Assembly (NCBI GenBank): GCA_965227295.1
Contig: OZ245742.1
Span: 5,344,001-5,408,000, forward strand
Length of the DNA: 64,000 nt
Source of the DNA: Leptonemataceae bacterium
Lineage (GTDB): Bacteria > Spirochaetota > Leptospiria > Leptospirales > Leptonemataceae
Direction: 5' to 3'
Numbering within the stretch: position 1 is the first letter of the stretch; every line of letters begins with the position of its first letter. The notes below the pieces were generated by a model that searched no databases, had not been told where the DNA came from, and worked only from the letters and a program-made list of their open reading frames with translations. Made by a program: the position numbers and the translations under genes. This document shows positions 1 to 9,839 of the stretch, piece after piece.

Positions 1-71
1 GAAGTCCCGGCGCAAATCCCGGGAGCGCATCATGCTCGCATCGAAGTCCGCCAGGCCGAACATACAATCCG

Positions 72-1178
72 TTACAACCAGCTCCGGTGTCTCAGCCAGA
101 GCAGCATGCCCAGCCCCACCGCCCCCATTCCGCCCAGAAACACCGGGTAGGCGTAAGTCCAGGCGAGTTCAGGCATGTGCCGGAAGTTCATGCCGTAGAT
201 GCCGACGGCGAACGTAAGCGGAATGAAGACCGATGACATGACCGTGAGGAACTTGATGATCTCGTTCAGGCGCAGGTTCTCCCGGGCGAAGTGCAGTTCG
301 TAGAGGCCGGTAAGCTCATCGCGAAAGTGTTCGATGGTCTCCGTAATCTCCACGGAATGATCTTCGATGTTGCGCAGATAAATGACGTTGCGTCCGTCGA
401 GAAAATCACTCAATTCCGGCGGAGGATCGCGAAACACGCCGATCAGCGTGCGCGTCATCTCACGCATGGGCCGCACGACCTTCCGCAACAACGCGATGCG
501 TCGCTTCGCCTGGTGCAAAGCCGCCACGTTCAAAGCCCCGGCCTGCGCCGCCGCGGCCTCGATGTGATCTTCCAGAGCCTCCAGTTCCTTCTCGATGTTT
601 TCCAGGCTGTCGAAGTAGCGATCGGTCAGATAATCCAGCAGCGCGCATACGAGATAGTCGGCGCCCTTCGTACGAATGCGCCCGTCCGCGTTGCGGATGC
701 GATGAAAGATCGGCAGACATCCGGAGATCGGATCTTCGTCTTCATGGAAACTCAACACGAAGTTGCGCCCCAGGATCAAAGCCGCCTGACGTTCACTGCC
801 TGGTTCGCCGGAGACAGGGGCGGCGACGAATACCGCCAGGTAATTGTCGAAGACTTCCACTTTAGGACGCGAGTACGACGTTAAGATGTCTTCGAGCGTC
901 AGCGCGTGTATGCCGAAAACATCACCGAGCTTTTGCAACTGCTCTCCGTGCCTGGCTCCGCACACCTCGACCCAACGCACTCCGGCGCCGCCGTCCGCGA
1001 AGGGGCGCGCAGGATCGAAGCCCGGTTGAAAGAACATCGTAGCATCCTCTTCCACGCAACGCTCCGCGTTGTACACAACCGAACGCAACGAAAACGAACC
1101 GGCATCTTCATGGGCCACCAGCGATCCCGGATGCAATCCGGCACGTTTTCCGCGAGCGTGCAGTAGTTTGCGTTTCAT
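72..1178 (-). CDS. corA: Magnesium/cobalt transporter CorA
   Basis: C-terminal YGMNF signature with two TM helices; IHALTLEDIL and RPKVE motifs. The ATG at 1178 overlaps the mscS stop (ATGA). Confidence 0.93.
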   Translation of the reverse strand: MKRKLLHARGKRAGLHPGSLVAHEDAGSFSLRSVVYNAERCVEEDATMFFQPGFDPARPFADGGAGVRWVEVCGARHGEQLQKLGDVFGIHALTLEDILTSYSRPKVEVFDNYLAVFVAAPVSGEPGSERQAALILGRNFVLSFHEDEDPISGCLPIFHRIRNADGRIRTKGADYLVCALLDYLTDRYFDSLENIEKELEALEDHIEAAAAQAGALNVAALHQAKRRIALLRKVVRPMREMTRTLIGVFRDPPPELSDFLDGRNVIYLRNIEDHSVEITETIEHFRDELTGLYELHFARENLRLNEIIKFLTVMSSVFIPLTFAVGIYGMNFRHMPELAWTYAYPVFLGGMGAVGLGMLLWLRHRSWL

Positions 1179-2089
1179 GCGGGACCCTCCCGGTGCAGAT
1201 CGTAAAAACGCGTGGTCGGGTACGCGAAGTCGATGTCGGAATGTTTCGCGAATTCTTCCAGGACCAGTTCCCAGATCTCTTCTTCCCGCACACGTCGGCG
1301 CCTGGGCTCGCACAAGAAACGCATGGTCAATAGCACGCCGGAATCTTCCACGGTGGTGTATACGATGGGCGTGAGCTTATTGTAAAAGATTAAGTACTTC
1401 TGCGAAGCTTCGCGGATTTTCGTCTGGGCGCTTTCGGACAACTGCACCGCCGTATCGGTAACGACGCGCGTGAGGATCTGCTTCGCTTTTTTCCAGTCAC
1501 TCTCGAACGTTACCAGCACGGGCACCTCACACCAGATGTACGCGAAGCCGCTGAAAAAGTTCGACAGCGGCGCGGTAAACACGAGGCCGTTCGGTACGTG
1601 AATGACCCGGCCGGTGCTCTGATCGGCGCGGACCCAGTTGCCGATTTCCAGCAACGTAAATTGAAAGATGCGTTGGTCGATGACGTCGCCGGCATACTCC
1701 CCGATCTCGATGCGATCCCCGATGGCGAACGGCCGGCGCCAGAGGATGAACAACCAGCCGGCCAGGTTCTTGATCACGTCGCTGAGCGCAATGGCCAGAC
1801 CCGCCGAGAGCAAGCCGAGGTAGGTCACAAGCGACTGAAAGCCGTGGAACCAGATGCGTCCGATCACCACCACCGCAAGGGTGAAAACCAAATAGCCCGA
1901 CAGTCGACTCCATTGATAACGCAAAGTCAGGTTGTCGGTGCGCCGCCCGATTACGCGCAGACTGAGGCGCCGGACGGCCCAGAAAACGATCAACAGCACC
2001 AGCGTCTGAATGGCGCGGCTTTGCGTTTCCGGATCCAGGCCCAGAAAACGATCGATCCAGGTGGAGACAATTTCGTAGAGTTCGTTCAT
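1175..2089 (-). CDS. mscS: Small-conductance mechanosensitive channel (MscS family)
   Basis: Three N-terminal TM segments; GLAIALSDVIKNLAGWLFILWRRPFAIGDRIEIG; C-terminal IDFAYPT. Confidence 0.9.
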   Translation of the reverse strand: MNELYEIVSTWIDRFLGLDPETQSRAIQTLVLLIVFWAVRRLSLRVIGRRTDNLTLRYQWSRLSGYLVFTLAVVVIGRIWFHGFQSLVTYLGLLSAGLAIALSDVIKNLAGWLFILWRRPFAIGDRIEIGEYAGDVIDQRIFQFTLLEIGNWVRADQSTGRVIHVPNGLVFTAPLSNFFSGFAYIWCEVPVLVTFESDWKKAKQILTRVVTDTAVQLSESAQTKIREASQKYLIFYNKLTPIVYTTVEDSGVLLTMRFLCEPRRRRVREEEIWELVLEEFAKHSDIDFAYPTTRFYDLHREGPA

Positions 2090-2108
2090 CTAATGTTAGT
2101 GAAACGAC

Positions 2109-3143
2109 TCAGTGTTCTCGCACCACGCGCTCCATCCACTCCCGCGCCTGGGTTTCGTTGGCCAGCATGCGCACGTAAGGTCGACGCATGGCGGCGCCGA
2201 AAACCACGCGGATATCGTCCGTGTGCGGATGAGGATGCAGTGGATCCACGAAGAATATGACCACGGAGCAGCGGTGATAGAGGATCTCGGTGGCGATCTC
2301 GATATCGCCGCCCTTCGGCCCGGAGTTGTACGGCTGCACCCGCTCCTTTAACATGGTCGTGGCGCCGAGGATTTCCCGGCCCGTGGTACCCGTGGTGAGA
2401 ATACGACCGAAGCGGGCCAGTTCAAACTCAAAGTCGACACAGAACTCCACCATGCGCGGCTTCATGCTGTCATGGGCGATCAACGCCACGGTGAGCGCGC
2501 CGAAATCGTCGTAGTCGACTTTTTGATACTCGGCCGGGAACACAAAGACGTTACCCGCGTGTTCGAGATGTCGGTCGGCCCGCACCTCGCGATTGTCGTT
2601 GAAACGAAAGAGCGGCGGCACCGGCTGCAACCGGCGACGCACATCGCGGTCGGCCTCCCGGGCGAACCACTCTTCCACCGAACCGTAGTTCATGAGCCGC
2701 TTCGCCCGCCACACATCGGACAGGCGCATCAACGCGAGCAAGTCCGGATTCAACCAGTGATTGGTCATGGGATTCAAAAAGGTCCAGAGGATGGAGCAAC
2801 GCTTGCGCACCACGAAGTACGAGAGCAGGATGACGCCGCCGTCCCGGTTGCGCGGCAACACCGTGGAACGCTCGATCAGGAAGTCGCGCACTTCATTGTC
2901 GAGGCGCAGGTGTTCGCCGGCCTCTTCCAGATCGCCGTATTCGCCGTACTCTTTGCCGAGGACGCAACGATCAAAGGTCCCGCGCGTAAACAGAAAATGA
3001 AAGCGACCTAAGAGATCGCGATCCCGGCGATACATCTCGGAAAAGATCGTGACCAGTTCGAGGTTTTTGCGCAGGGAATCGTGGCTCGCCAGCACTCCGA
3101 TGTACGTGCGATCATCTTTGCTATTTGAATGAGTCGAACTCAC
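2109..3143 (-). CDS. mgsA: Methylglyoxal synthase with duplicated MGS domain (degenerate N-terminal, apparently intact C-terminal)
   Basis: The C-domain has ALIAHDSMK, TTGTTG, SGPKGGD and FFVDPLHPHPHTDD. The N-domain aligns by eye (VLASHDS..FTRGT..DGGV..FLNP..PDLLALMRLSDVW). The GTG start at 3143 overlaps the upstream stop. Confidence 0.8.
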   Translation of the reverse strand: MSSTHSNSKDDRTYIGVLASHDSLRKNLELVTIFSEMYRRDRDLLGRFHFLFTRGTFDRCVLGKEYGEYGDLEEAGEHLRLDNEVRDFLIERSTVLPRNRDGGVILLSYFVVRKRCSILWTFLNPMTNHWLNPDLLALMRLSDVWRAKRLMNYGSVEEWFAREADRDVRRRLQPVPPLFRFNDNREVRADRHLEHAGNVFVFPAEYQKVDYDDFGALTVALIAHDSMKPRMVEFCVDFEFELARFGRILTTGTTGREILGATTMLKERVQPYNSGPKGGDIEIATEILYHRCSVVIFFVDPLHPHPHTDDIRVVFGAAMRRPYVRMLANETQAREWMERVVREH

Positions 3144-4129
3144 GGGCCTCCGGCGGCGACAGAAATGAGCCAGGCAACATAGAGCACGTATCCGCCGAGA
3201 AACAACGCGCCCTCCAGGCGGCTCACCCGACTGCCGGTGAAGAAAACCGGCACGCACAGCACGGCGGCCCCCAGGGCCACGGGAAAGTCCAGATGAATCG
3301 CCTGATCGGCCACCGGCACCGGGACAATCATCGCGGCACCGCCCAGAACGAACAAGAGATTAAAGAGATTGCTGCCGATCACATTGCCTACGGCGATGTC
3401 ACGCTCCCCCCGCGCCGCGGCCACCAACGACGCGGCCAGCTCAGGGAGCGACGTTCCCACCGCGACGATGGTGAGGCCGATCATAAGCTCACTGACTCCA
3501 AAGCCGCGGGCGAACCGCACCGCCCCGTCCACGAGCAGGTCCGCCCCAAAGACCAGGACACCGAGACCGGCGACAACAAACAGAATCTGCACGATGATGC
3601 CAACGATACTCGCGGGCTTCGCGTCACCGTCTGCGGGACCGTAGGCCTCCGCGAATTCCGCCTGTATCGCCGCCGACTCACGCCGGCTCTGCCGCACGGC
3701 GAACACCGTATACGCGACGGCGCCGCAAACAAAGATCAATCCTTCCACACGACCGATACTGCCCTGCCACGCGAAGAGGTACGCAAGGCCCGTAACGAAA
3801 ATCAACAGCGGCACCTCGATGCGCAGCAAACGCATTTGTACCGCGAGCGGAGTGACGCACGCCGACACCCCCAGAATCAACAACACGTTGGCAATATTAC
3901 TGCCGAGTACGTTGCCCACCGCGATATCCGCCTGACCGCCGAGGGCCGACTGCAGACTCACGGCCAGCTCCGGCGCACTCGTTCCGAAAGCCACGACGGT
4001 GAGACCGACGACGAGCGGTGATACCCCGGCCCCGACGGCGAGGGCCGACGCTCCCCGCACCAGAAGTTCCGCGCCGACCACAAGCAACACCAGGCCGGCG
4101 ACAATGCTGAACAATATCCAGAAGTCCAT
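3140..4129 (-). CDS. Calcium/sodium antiporter (CaCA, YrbG-like)
   Basis: Two alpha-repeats: GTSAPE/GSNIANV and GTSLPE/GSNLFN; about 10 TM segments. Confidence 0.93.
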   Translation of the reverse strand: MDFWILFSIVAGLVLLVVGAELLVRGASALAVGAGVSPLVVGLTVVAFGTSAPELAVSLQSALGGQADIAVGNVLGSNIANVLLILGVSACVTPLAVQMRLLRIEVPLLIFVTGLAYLFAWQGSIGRVEGLIFVCGAVAYTVFAVRQSRRESAAIQAEFAEAYGPADGDAKPASIVGIIVQILFVVAGLGVLVFGADLLVDGAVRFARGFGVSELMIGLTIVAVGTSLPELAASLVAAARGERDIAVGNVIGSNLFNLLFVLGGAAMIVPVPVADQAIHLDFPVALGAAVLCVPVFFTGSRVSRLEGALFLGGYVLYVAWLISVAAGGP

Positions 4130-4235
4130 TCCGTCGCGCTATGTATGCCCGGCGGCCCGGTCAATCCAAATCGAGAAACGTCGTAAAAATCTAAACAACA
4201 TTGAAAGATCATCGGTTGTGCTCGACGCTGGCCGC

Positions 4236-5249
4236 ATGAGCCATCCGGATCAAGCTAATCCGTACAGCCCCACCGAACACGGTGGTCCGGAAACGCCTCA
4301 CAGTCCGGCGGACGATCTGCTGCAGGCAATTCGCGAGCGCGAGTACAGCGTCGACAACATCATCCGCGTGGCGGCGCGGCTCTATCGGCTGAACTTCGCG
4401 GACTTTGCCGGCGCCGCCGCCGTCCATCTGGCGGCCACGGCGGCCTTCGCCTTCGTTTATTTGCGCACAATCGTTCTCATGATCGAGGGTTTGCTCGATT
4501 CCTTGCAGGACGAGGCCGCCGGTACCGAAGCATTCTTCAATACGTTCCTCATGGACTTCTATTCGATGATTGTCGCCCTGGGCGGCCTGGCCATCCTGTC
4601 GACGCTTACGCAGTTCGTGGTCTATCTCTACACGGTCATCCGGGCCGGCGAGCGCCTGGACGGCATCGAACGTCCTCCGCTGGCCACCGTCGGCACGATG
4701 GCAACGCGTTTTGTTCCGTTCGCCTTCGTGATCTTTCTAACCTGGCTCGCGCTGATTTTACTGTTCGCCATTCCTCTGGCATTGATGGCCCTGGAGCACT
4801 ACCTGCCCGGCGTGTTTTTGCTGCTGGCGTTTTTCGTGTTGCTCCCGTACTTCATGGTCCACTTCGCGATGATCGCCCCGGTGGTCGGCATTGAAAGATC
4901 CTTCGGCCGTTCCCTCGTGCGTTGTTTCCAGCTCCTGCGCGGCCGATTCTGGAAATCCTTCGGCGTGTTCATGGTCATCCTGGCCCTGGCCTACGTCGGC
5001 TCCATGGTCACAACCTATCCCATCTTCCTCTCGCTGCCCGGGGAGATGGTCGATCGCCTGGAAGCAAACCCGGACCTCGATCCAACGACCTTCTTTCAGG
5101 AATTCTTTCACGGACCTACTTTCTATCTCATGCAGATTCCCGGACTGATCCTGGGAGTCGCCGCTTTCTCGTACACCGCGGTCGTAACAGCTGTGATGTA
5201 CGTAAACTACTCCCGCCCGGAGCCGGCCGCAACGGATCGCAAGAGTTAA
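4236..5249 (+). CDS. Hypothetical multi-pass membrane protein
   Basis: About 6-7 hydrophobic segments and host-like codon usage; ATG at 4236. Confidence 0.75.
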   Translation: MSHPDQANPYSPTEHGGPETPHSPADDLLQAIREREYSVDNIIRVAARLYRLNFADFAGAAAVHLAATAAFAFVYLRTIVLMIEGLLDSLQDEAAGTEAFFNTFLMDFYSMIVALGGLAILSTLTQFVVYLYTVIRAGERLDGIERPPLATVGTMATRFVPFAFVIFLTWLALILLFAIPLALMALEHYLPGVFLLLAFFVLLPYFMVHFAMIAPVVGIERSFGRSLVRCFQLLRGRFWKSFGVFMVILALAYVGSMVTTYPIFLSLPGEMVDRLEANPDLDPTTFFQEFFHGPTFYLMQIPGLILGVAAFSYTAVVTAVMYVNYSRPEPAATDRKS

Positions 5250-5330
5250 CTGCCCCGAAGTTTGCGACAGGAACGCAGCGTAAAAAATTGTACTTGTACT
5301 CCCCGGCCCTGGTGTTAGTTTGCCGTTACC

Positions 5331-5993
5331 GTGGAATATCCGGAGATGCCTCCGATCGTCTGGAAGAACGATCGTTACCTGATCGGCCTGACCGGCGGCA
5401 TTGGTTCCGGGAAGTCCGCCGCGGGACGTGCCTTTGCCGACGCGGGCGCCGTCGTCGTGGATGCGGATCTGGTGGCCCGGGACGCGTTGCACTCCGCGGA
5501 GTTGCGACCGAAGTTGATCGATGCGTTCGGCGAAGGCATCCTCGGCGCGGACGGCGAGATCGAACGGCCGAAGCTCGCGAGCCTGGTCTTCGGCGACGAG
5601 GATCGTCGCCGCGCGTTGAACGCGCTGATCCATCCGCACGTGCGGACGGAGTTTCGGCGCCGGGTGGAAGCGCTACGAAGCGGCGATGTGCTCGTCTATG
5701 ACGTGCCGCTCCTGTTCGAAACCGGCGCCGAGCAGGACTTCGATCTTACGATCGTCGTGAGCGCGAACCGGAAGCTGCGCTACGAACGCGTGCGCGAACG
5801 CAACGGTTGGTCCCGGAAAGAATTCGAAGGACGCGAGCAGAGCCAGATGCCCCTTGCGGAAAAAGAAAAACGCGCCGATCTAATCATTAGCAACGAAGGT
5901 TCACCGGAAGACCTTCAAAACATCGTAACGGAAATTTTTGAACACATTCGGGCCGCCGGCCCGCAATCTTCGCAGCAGCAGGTCTCGTCGTGA
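5331..5993 (+). CDS. coaE: Dephospho-CoA kinase
   Basis: IGLTGGIGSGKS P-loop, DAD, LNALIHP and DVPLLFE. The start may be the ATG at 5346. Confidence 0.95.
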   Translation: MEYPEMPPIVWKNDRYLIGLTGGIGSGKSAAGRAFADAGAVVVDADLVARDALHSAELRPKLIDAFGEGILGADGEIERPKLASLVFGDEDRRRALNALIHPHVRTEFRRRVEALRSGDVLVYDVPLLFETGAEQDFDLTIVVSANRKLRYERVRERNGWSRKEFEGREQSQMPLAEKEKRADLIISNEGSPEDLQNIVTEIFEHIRAAGPQSSQQQVSS

Positions 5994-6817
5994 AACAAAG
6001 AGTCTTTTATGTCCTTCATCTGGATCGCGGGCGCATCTGGGTCCTCGCCACCCTGTTCGTGAGCACGTTGCTGTTCGCCTTCGCCACGGGTTTCCGTGTG
6101 GGGGCCGCCCGCAGTCCGGAAAGCACGGCCGTCCCCCAGGCCACCCTGGACCTGGGCGAGGACACAAGCCTGCGCGCGCTGGGAACAGAGGAAGAGCCGG
6201 GTGCGGACGGCACTCTGATGGATGATGAAAGCGATCTGACGGCCCACAACGACGGGGAGATCGACGATCCGGCCCCGGCCGGGTCCGTCGCCGAAGAAGA
6301 AGTCGCATCCCGCAAGGACAGCGAATCGAAGCCGGGCGAACGCCGGGCCGAGGAACAACGCCGCCTGGCCGCCCTGCGCGCCGCCGCCGAGGAGGCGGAA
6401 CGCAAGTCCCGCCAGGAACGTCAGACGGCCTCCAACGAGAAGAAGCCGGCCACGAATCCGCGCTCGGCCCTGCTGGATTCCAGCGGCAGCGTGAAAATGG
6501 CCAACGTCTCCAAAAGCCCGCGGACCTCCGAAACGGAATCCGCCCGGGACCGGGAACCCGGGAATACGCAGCGGGCCGAGGCCTCAAAAGAACGTCAGCG
6601 CAAGACCCACAGTCTGCAACTCGCGGCCTTCCGCTCGAAAAGCGCCGCCGATCGCATGATCGAAACCCTGAAAAAACAGGGCTTTCATCCATATATAGTC
6701 AAAAGCAAGAACATTTACCTGGTGCGGATTGGACGCAGCGACTCGGCGAAGGAACTCTGGGCCGTCGAGTCCAAACTCCGCGACAAAAAATATTCGCCCA
6801 TGCGAGTTTCTCATTAA
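5990..6817 (+). CDS. SPOR domain-containing protein
   Basis: N-terminal TM, charged disordered linker, C-terminal LQLAAFRSKSAADRMIETLKKQGF..YLVRIG. Confidence 0.85.
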   Translation: MKQRVFYVLHLDRGRIWVLATLFVSTLLFAFATGFRVGAARSPESTAVPQATLDLGEDTSLRALGTEEEPGADGTLMDDESDLTAHNDGEIDDPAPAGSVAEEEVASRKDSESKPGERRAEEQRRLAALRAAAEEAERKSRQERQTASNEKKPATNPRSALLDSSGSVKMANVSKSPRTSETESARDREPGNTQRAEASKERQRKTHSLQLAAFRSKSAADRMIETLKKQGFHPYIVKSKNIYLVRIGRSDSAKELWAVESKLRDKKYSPMRVSH

Positions 6818-6905
6818 TTTGCACCGTCGAATATAGAAACGCCGCTGCACGAAATAGGCGGATTTTAACTTGTCAGCAAACGCCTGACCGTGGCGAGGTT
6901 ATTCC

Positions 6906-7556
6906 GTGACTCCGGAGGAGCAGAACGCCAAATCTCGCGTGGTCAGTACGACGATCGATCGTCTGGAGAAGACGTACGCCGATTTCATCGAGCAACCCGG
7001 CTACAGTGGGATTCCCAATTTCTTCCGCGAACACCTCTATTCGCCGCCGAATAAGGAAGCCCGGGACGCCGCCCTCGACCAACTCTACCAGAAGCTGAAG
7101 TCCGTCACCGGCAAGGAGATGACGGAGAACATCCATCAGCTCATCCTCCTGAACAAACTCACCGACGAACTCGACCTGGATACCGCGCGCATCCTTTTAA
7201 ACGGCAAGTGGAAGGGACGTTCCGCCGCGGACCTGGAAAACGCGGAGCTTACGATCGAGGAACTCAACGAGGCCGTGGCCGAGGCCGGGCGCTTCGAAGA
7301 GCGCGAACAGCAGATCATCATGGTCGGCGAATCGCTGCGTTTCTTTTTCACGCTCTCGAAGCTGCCGCTCATCCGTCTGGTGCTGGCACCGATCAAGGTG
7401 GCCGCGTCCATGGTGGGCGCCATGGATCTGGTGAGTACCATGGAAGCCGGCTACGAACTCTCCCGGGGCATCAAAGACATGAAGCCGTTTACCGACGCCT
7501 TCAATGAACGGGAAAAAGAGTTGTTGCATTCCCTCCGCTCCCTGGCAAAAAACTGA
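6906..7556 (+). CDS. Conserved hypothetical protein (FFLEELY-motif-like)
   Basis: RLEKTYADF...FFREHLYSP...RD pattern; alpha-helical composition. Confidence 0.65.
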   Translation: MTPEEQNAKSRVVSTTIDRLEKTYADFIEQPGYSGIPNFFREHLYSPPNKEARDAALDQLYQKLKSVTGKEMTENIHQLILLNKLTDELDLDTARILLNGKWKGRSAADLENAELTIEELNEAVAEAGRFEEREQQIIMVGESLRFFFTLSKLPLIRLVLAPIKVAASMVGAMDLVSTMEAGYELSRGIKDMKPFTDAFNEREKELLHSLRSLAKN

Positions 7557-7565
7557 CATCATCCG

Positions 7566-9839
7566 ATGTCCGAAAACACCGCACGTAAAAAATCATCCGG
7601 CAAACGCACCGCGAAAGACAAACAGGTGCAGCTGTCGAAGAGCAATCACGAGCTTTTCTTCAACCGTGAGCTTTCCTGGCTGGAGTTCAACCGCCGCGTC
7701 CTCGAGGAGTCCGCGCGCCGGGACAACCCGCTCATGGAACGCATGAAGTTCCTTGCGATCTTCGAATCGAACATCGTCGAATTCTTCATGATCCGCGTCG
7801 CCGGGCTCAAGCAGGTCGTCGCCTCGTCCGTGACCGAAATCCAGTTGGACGGTCGCACGCCGCGTCAGGCCCTGGAAGAAATATCCCGCATCACCCACGG
7901 CATGGAGCAAACCGCGGCGCGCTACCAGCGCGAGGTTGCGAACAGTCTGGTCGGCCAGGGCGTGGAGCTGCTGTCCCGCTTCGAGGAACTGCACGCCCAC
8001 GAAAAAAAATACGCCCGGGAGTACTTCGACAAGGACCTCTTTCGTGTACTTACTCCCCTGGCCATCGATCCGGCGCACCCCTTTCCGCACATCGCCAACA
8101 ACCGCCTGAACCTGGCCGTGACGCTCCGCCGCAAACAGGGCAAAGATAAGTTCATTGAAAGTTACGCCGTCATCGAGGTCCCCCACGTACTGCCGCGTTT
8201 CGTGGAGTTGCCGCCGAAGCCCCGCTCCCGGGCAAAGGGGCGGCGCTTCATTCCATTGGAAGAAATCATCAAAATGCATGCGAACGAGCTGTTCCAGGGC
8301 ACCACGGTAAAGTCCTTCCACGGTTTCTCGATCTTGCGCAACAGCGACCTGTCCATCGACGAGGTGGCTTCGGACAACCTCTTAAGTACCATCGAGGATG
8401 AGTTAAAGAACCGCCGCTGGGGCGAGGCGGTCCGCCTCACCTATCGCACGGGCATGCCGGCGAACATCCTGGAGTTTCTTCAGGAAAAGCTGGACCTCGA
8501 GGATTTCGAACTCTACGAGCGGCCCACCATGCTGCACTTCGAAGATCTCATGCAGCTCTACGGCAAGCTGGAAGATCAGGACAACCTCTACGATCGCCCG
8601 TTCATTCCGCACAACGCGGTGGAGATGGATCATCCGCGGCGCATCTTTCGCATTTTGCGCCGGCGCGATCTTTTGCTGCATCATCCCTACGAATCTTTCC
8701 AGACCGTCACCGACTTTCTGGCCTGGGCCGCCCGGGATCCGAAGACCCTGGCCATCAAACAAACCCTGTATCGTACCGGTCGCGATTCACCCATCGTGGA
8801 GTCGCTCATCGAGGCCGCGGAGAACGGCAAACAGGTAACGGCCCTGGTGGAACTCAAGGCCCGCTTCGATGAAGAGCGCAACATTACCTGGGCGCGGGAA
8901 ATGGAAAAACACGGCATCCACGTGGTCTACGGCCTGGTGGGTCTTAAGATTCACGCGAAGATGTTACAGGTCATTCGCCGCGAAGAAGAAGGCGTGCGCG
9001 CCTATTGTCATCTTGGGACGGGCAACTACAATCCCGGCACGGCGCGACTCTACACGGACCTCGCGCTGTTCACCGCGGACCCGCAGATCAACAACGACGT
9101 CACGAATCTTTTTCACAGCCTCACCGGCTACGCCACGCTGCCGCGTTTCAACAAGATCGCGGCGGCGCCGATCACGTTGCGCGAAACCCTGGTGCGTCTC
9201 GTGAACAAAGAGATCAGCAACGCCGACGCCGGAAAACCGGCCCGCATTCGTTTGAAGATGAACTCCCTGGTGGACCCGGACATGATCCTCGCGTTATACA
9301 AGGCGTCCCGGGCCGGAGTGAAAATCGAGCTGAACGTGCGCGGCATCTGTTGCCTGCGTCCCGGCGTGCCCGGCGTGAGCGAGAACATCGTGGTGGACAG
9401 CGTGGTGGGTCGCTTCCTGGAACATACGCGCATCTTCTACTTTGAAAACGCGGGCACTCCGAAGGTCTATCTTTCCTCCGCGGACTGGATGCCCCGCAAC
9501 CTGAACCGTCGCGTCGAAGTCATGTTTCCGGTAGAAGCCGCGGAGCACGTGCAAACGATCACGGACATCATGGACGCGACCTTTCGGGACAATCACAATC
9601 GCCGGCGCCTTCAGCCCGACGGCACGTACGTGCGGGTAAAGCCCGGCTCGAACGAGGCGCGGTTTTCGTCCCAACGTTACTTCCGCGAACAGGCGGCCAA
9701 AGAGTTCGCCGAAAAAGAAAAGGCCCGCCAGGATCAACGCAAGACCGTCTTCCAGCCGCTTACGAATCCCGGCAAAGACGCCCCCGAATCTTCGCTGGTC
9801 AATCCGGTGACGGATCGCGACGACGTCGTCGAGCCTTGA
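7566..9839 (+). CDS. ppk1: Polyphosphate kinase 1
   Basis: FFNRELSWLEFNRRVL, LLHHPYESF, IKQTLYR, ELKARFDE, GLKIHAK, GRFLEH, SSADWMPRN. Confidence 0.97.
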   Translation: MSENTARKKSSGKRTAKDKQVQLSKSNHELFFNRELSWLEFNRRVLEESARRDNPLMERMKFLAIFESNIVEFFMIRVAGLKQVVASSVTEIQLDGRTPRQALEEISRITHGMEQTAARYQREVANSLVGQGVELLSRFEELHAHEKKYAREYFDKDLFRVLTPLAIDPAHPFPHIANNRLNLAVTLRRKQGKDKFIESYAVIEVPHVLPRFVELPPKPRSRAKGRRFIPLEEIIKMHANELFQGTTVKSFHGFSILRNSDLSIDEVASDNLLSTIEDELKNRRWGEAVRLTYRTGMPANILEFLQEKLDLEDFELYERPTMLHFEDLMQLYGKLEDQDNLYDRPFIPHNAVEMDHPRRIFRILRRRDLLLHHPYESFQTVTDFLAWAARDPKTLAIKQTLYRTGRDSPIVESLIEAAENGKQVTALVELKARFDEERNITWAREMEKHGIHVVYGLVGLKIHAKMLQVIRREEEGVRAYCHLGTGNYNPGTARLYTDLALFTADPQINNDVTNLFHSLTGYATLPRFNKIAAAPITLRETLVRLVNKEISNADAGKPARIRLKMNSLVDPDMILALYKASRAGVKIELNVRGICCLRPGVPGVSENIVVDSVVGRFLEHTRIFYFENAGTPKVYLSSADWMPRNLNRRVEVMFPVEAAEHVQTITDIMDATFRDNHNRRRLQPDGTYVRVKPGSNEARFSSQRYFREQAAKEFAEKEKARQDQRKTVFQPLTNPGKDAPESSLVNPVTDRDDVVEP

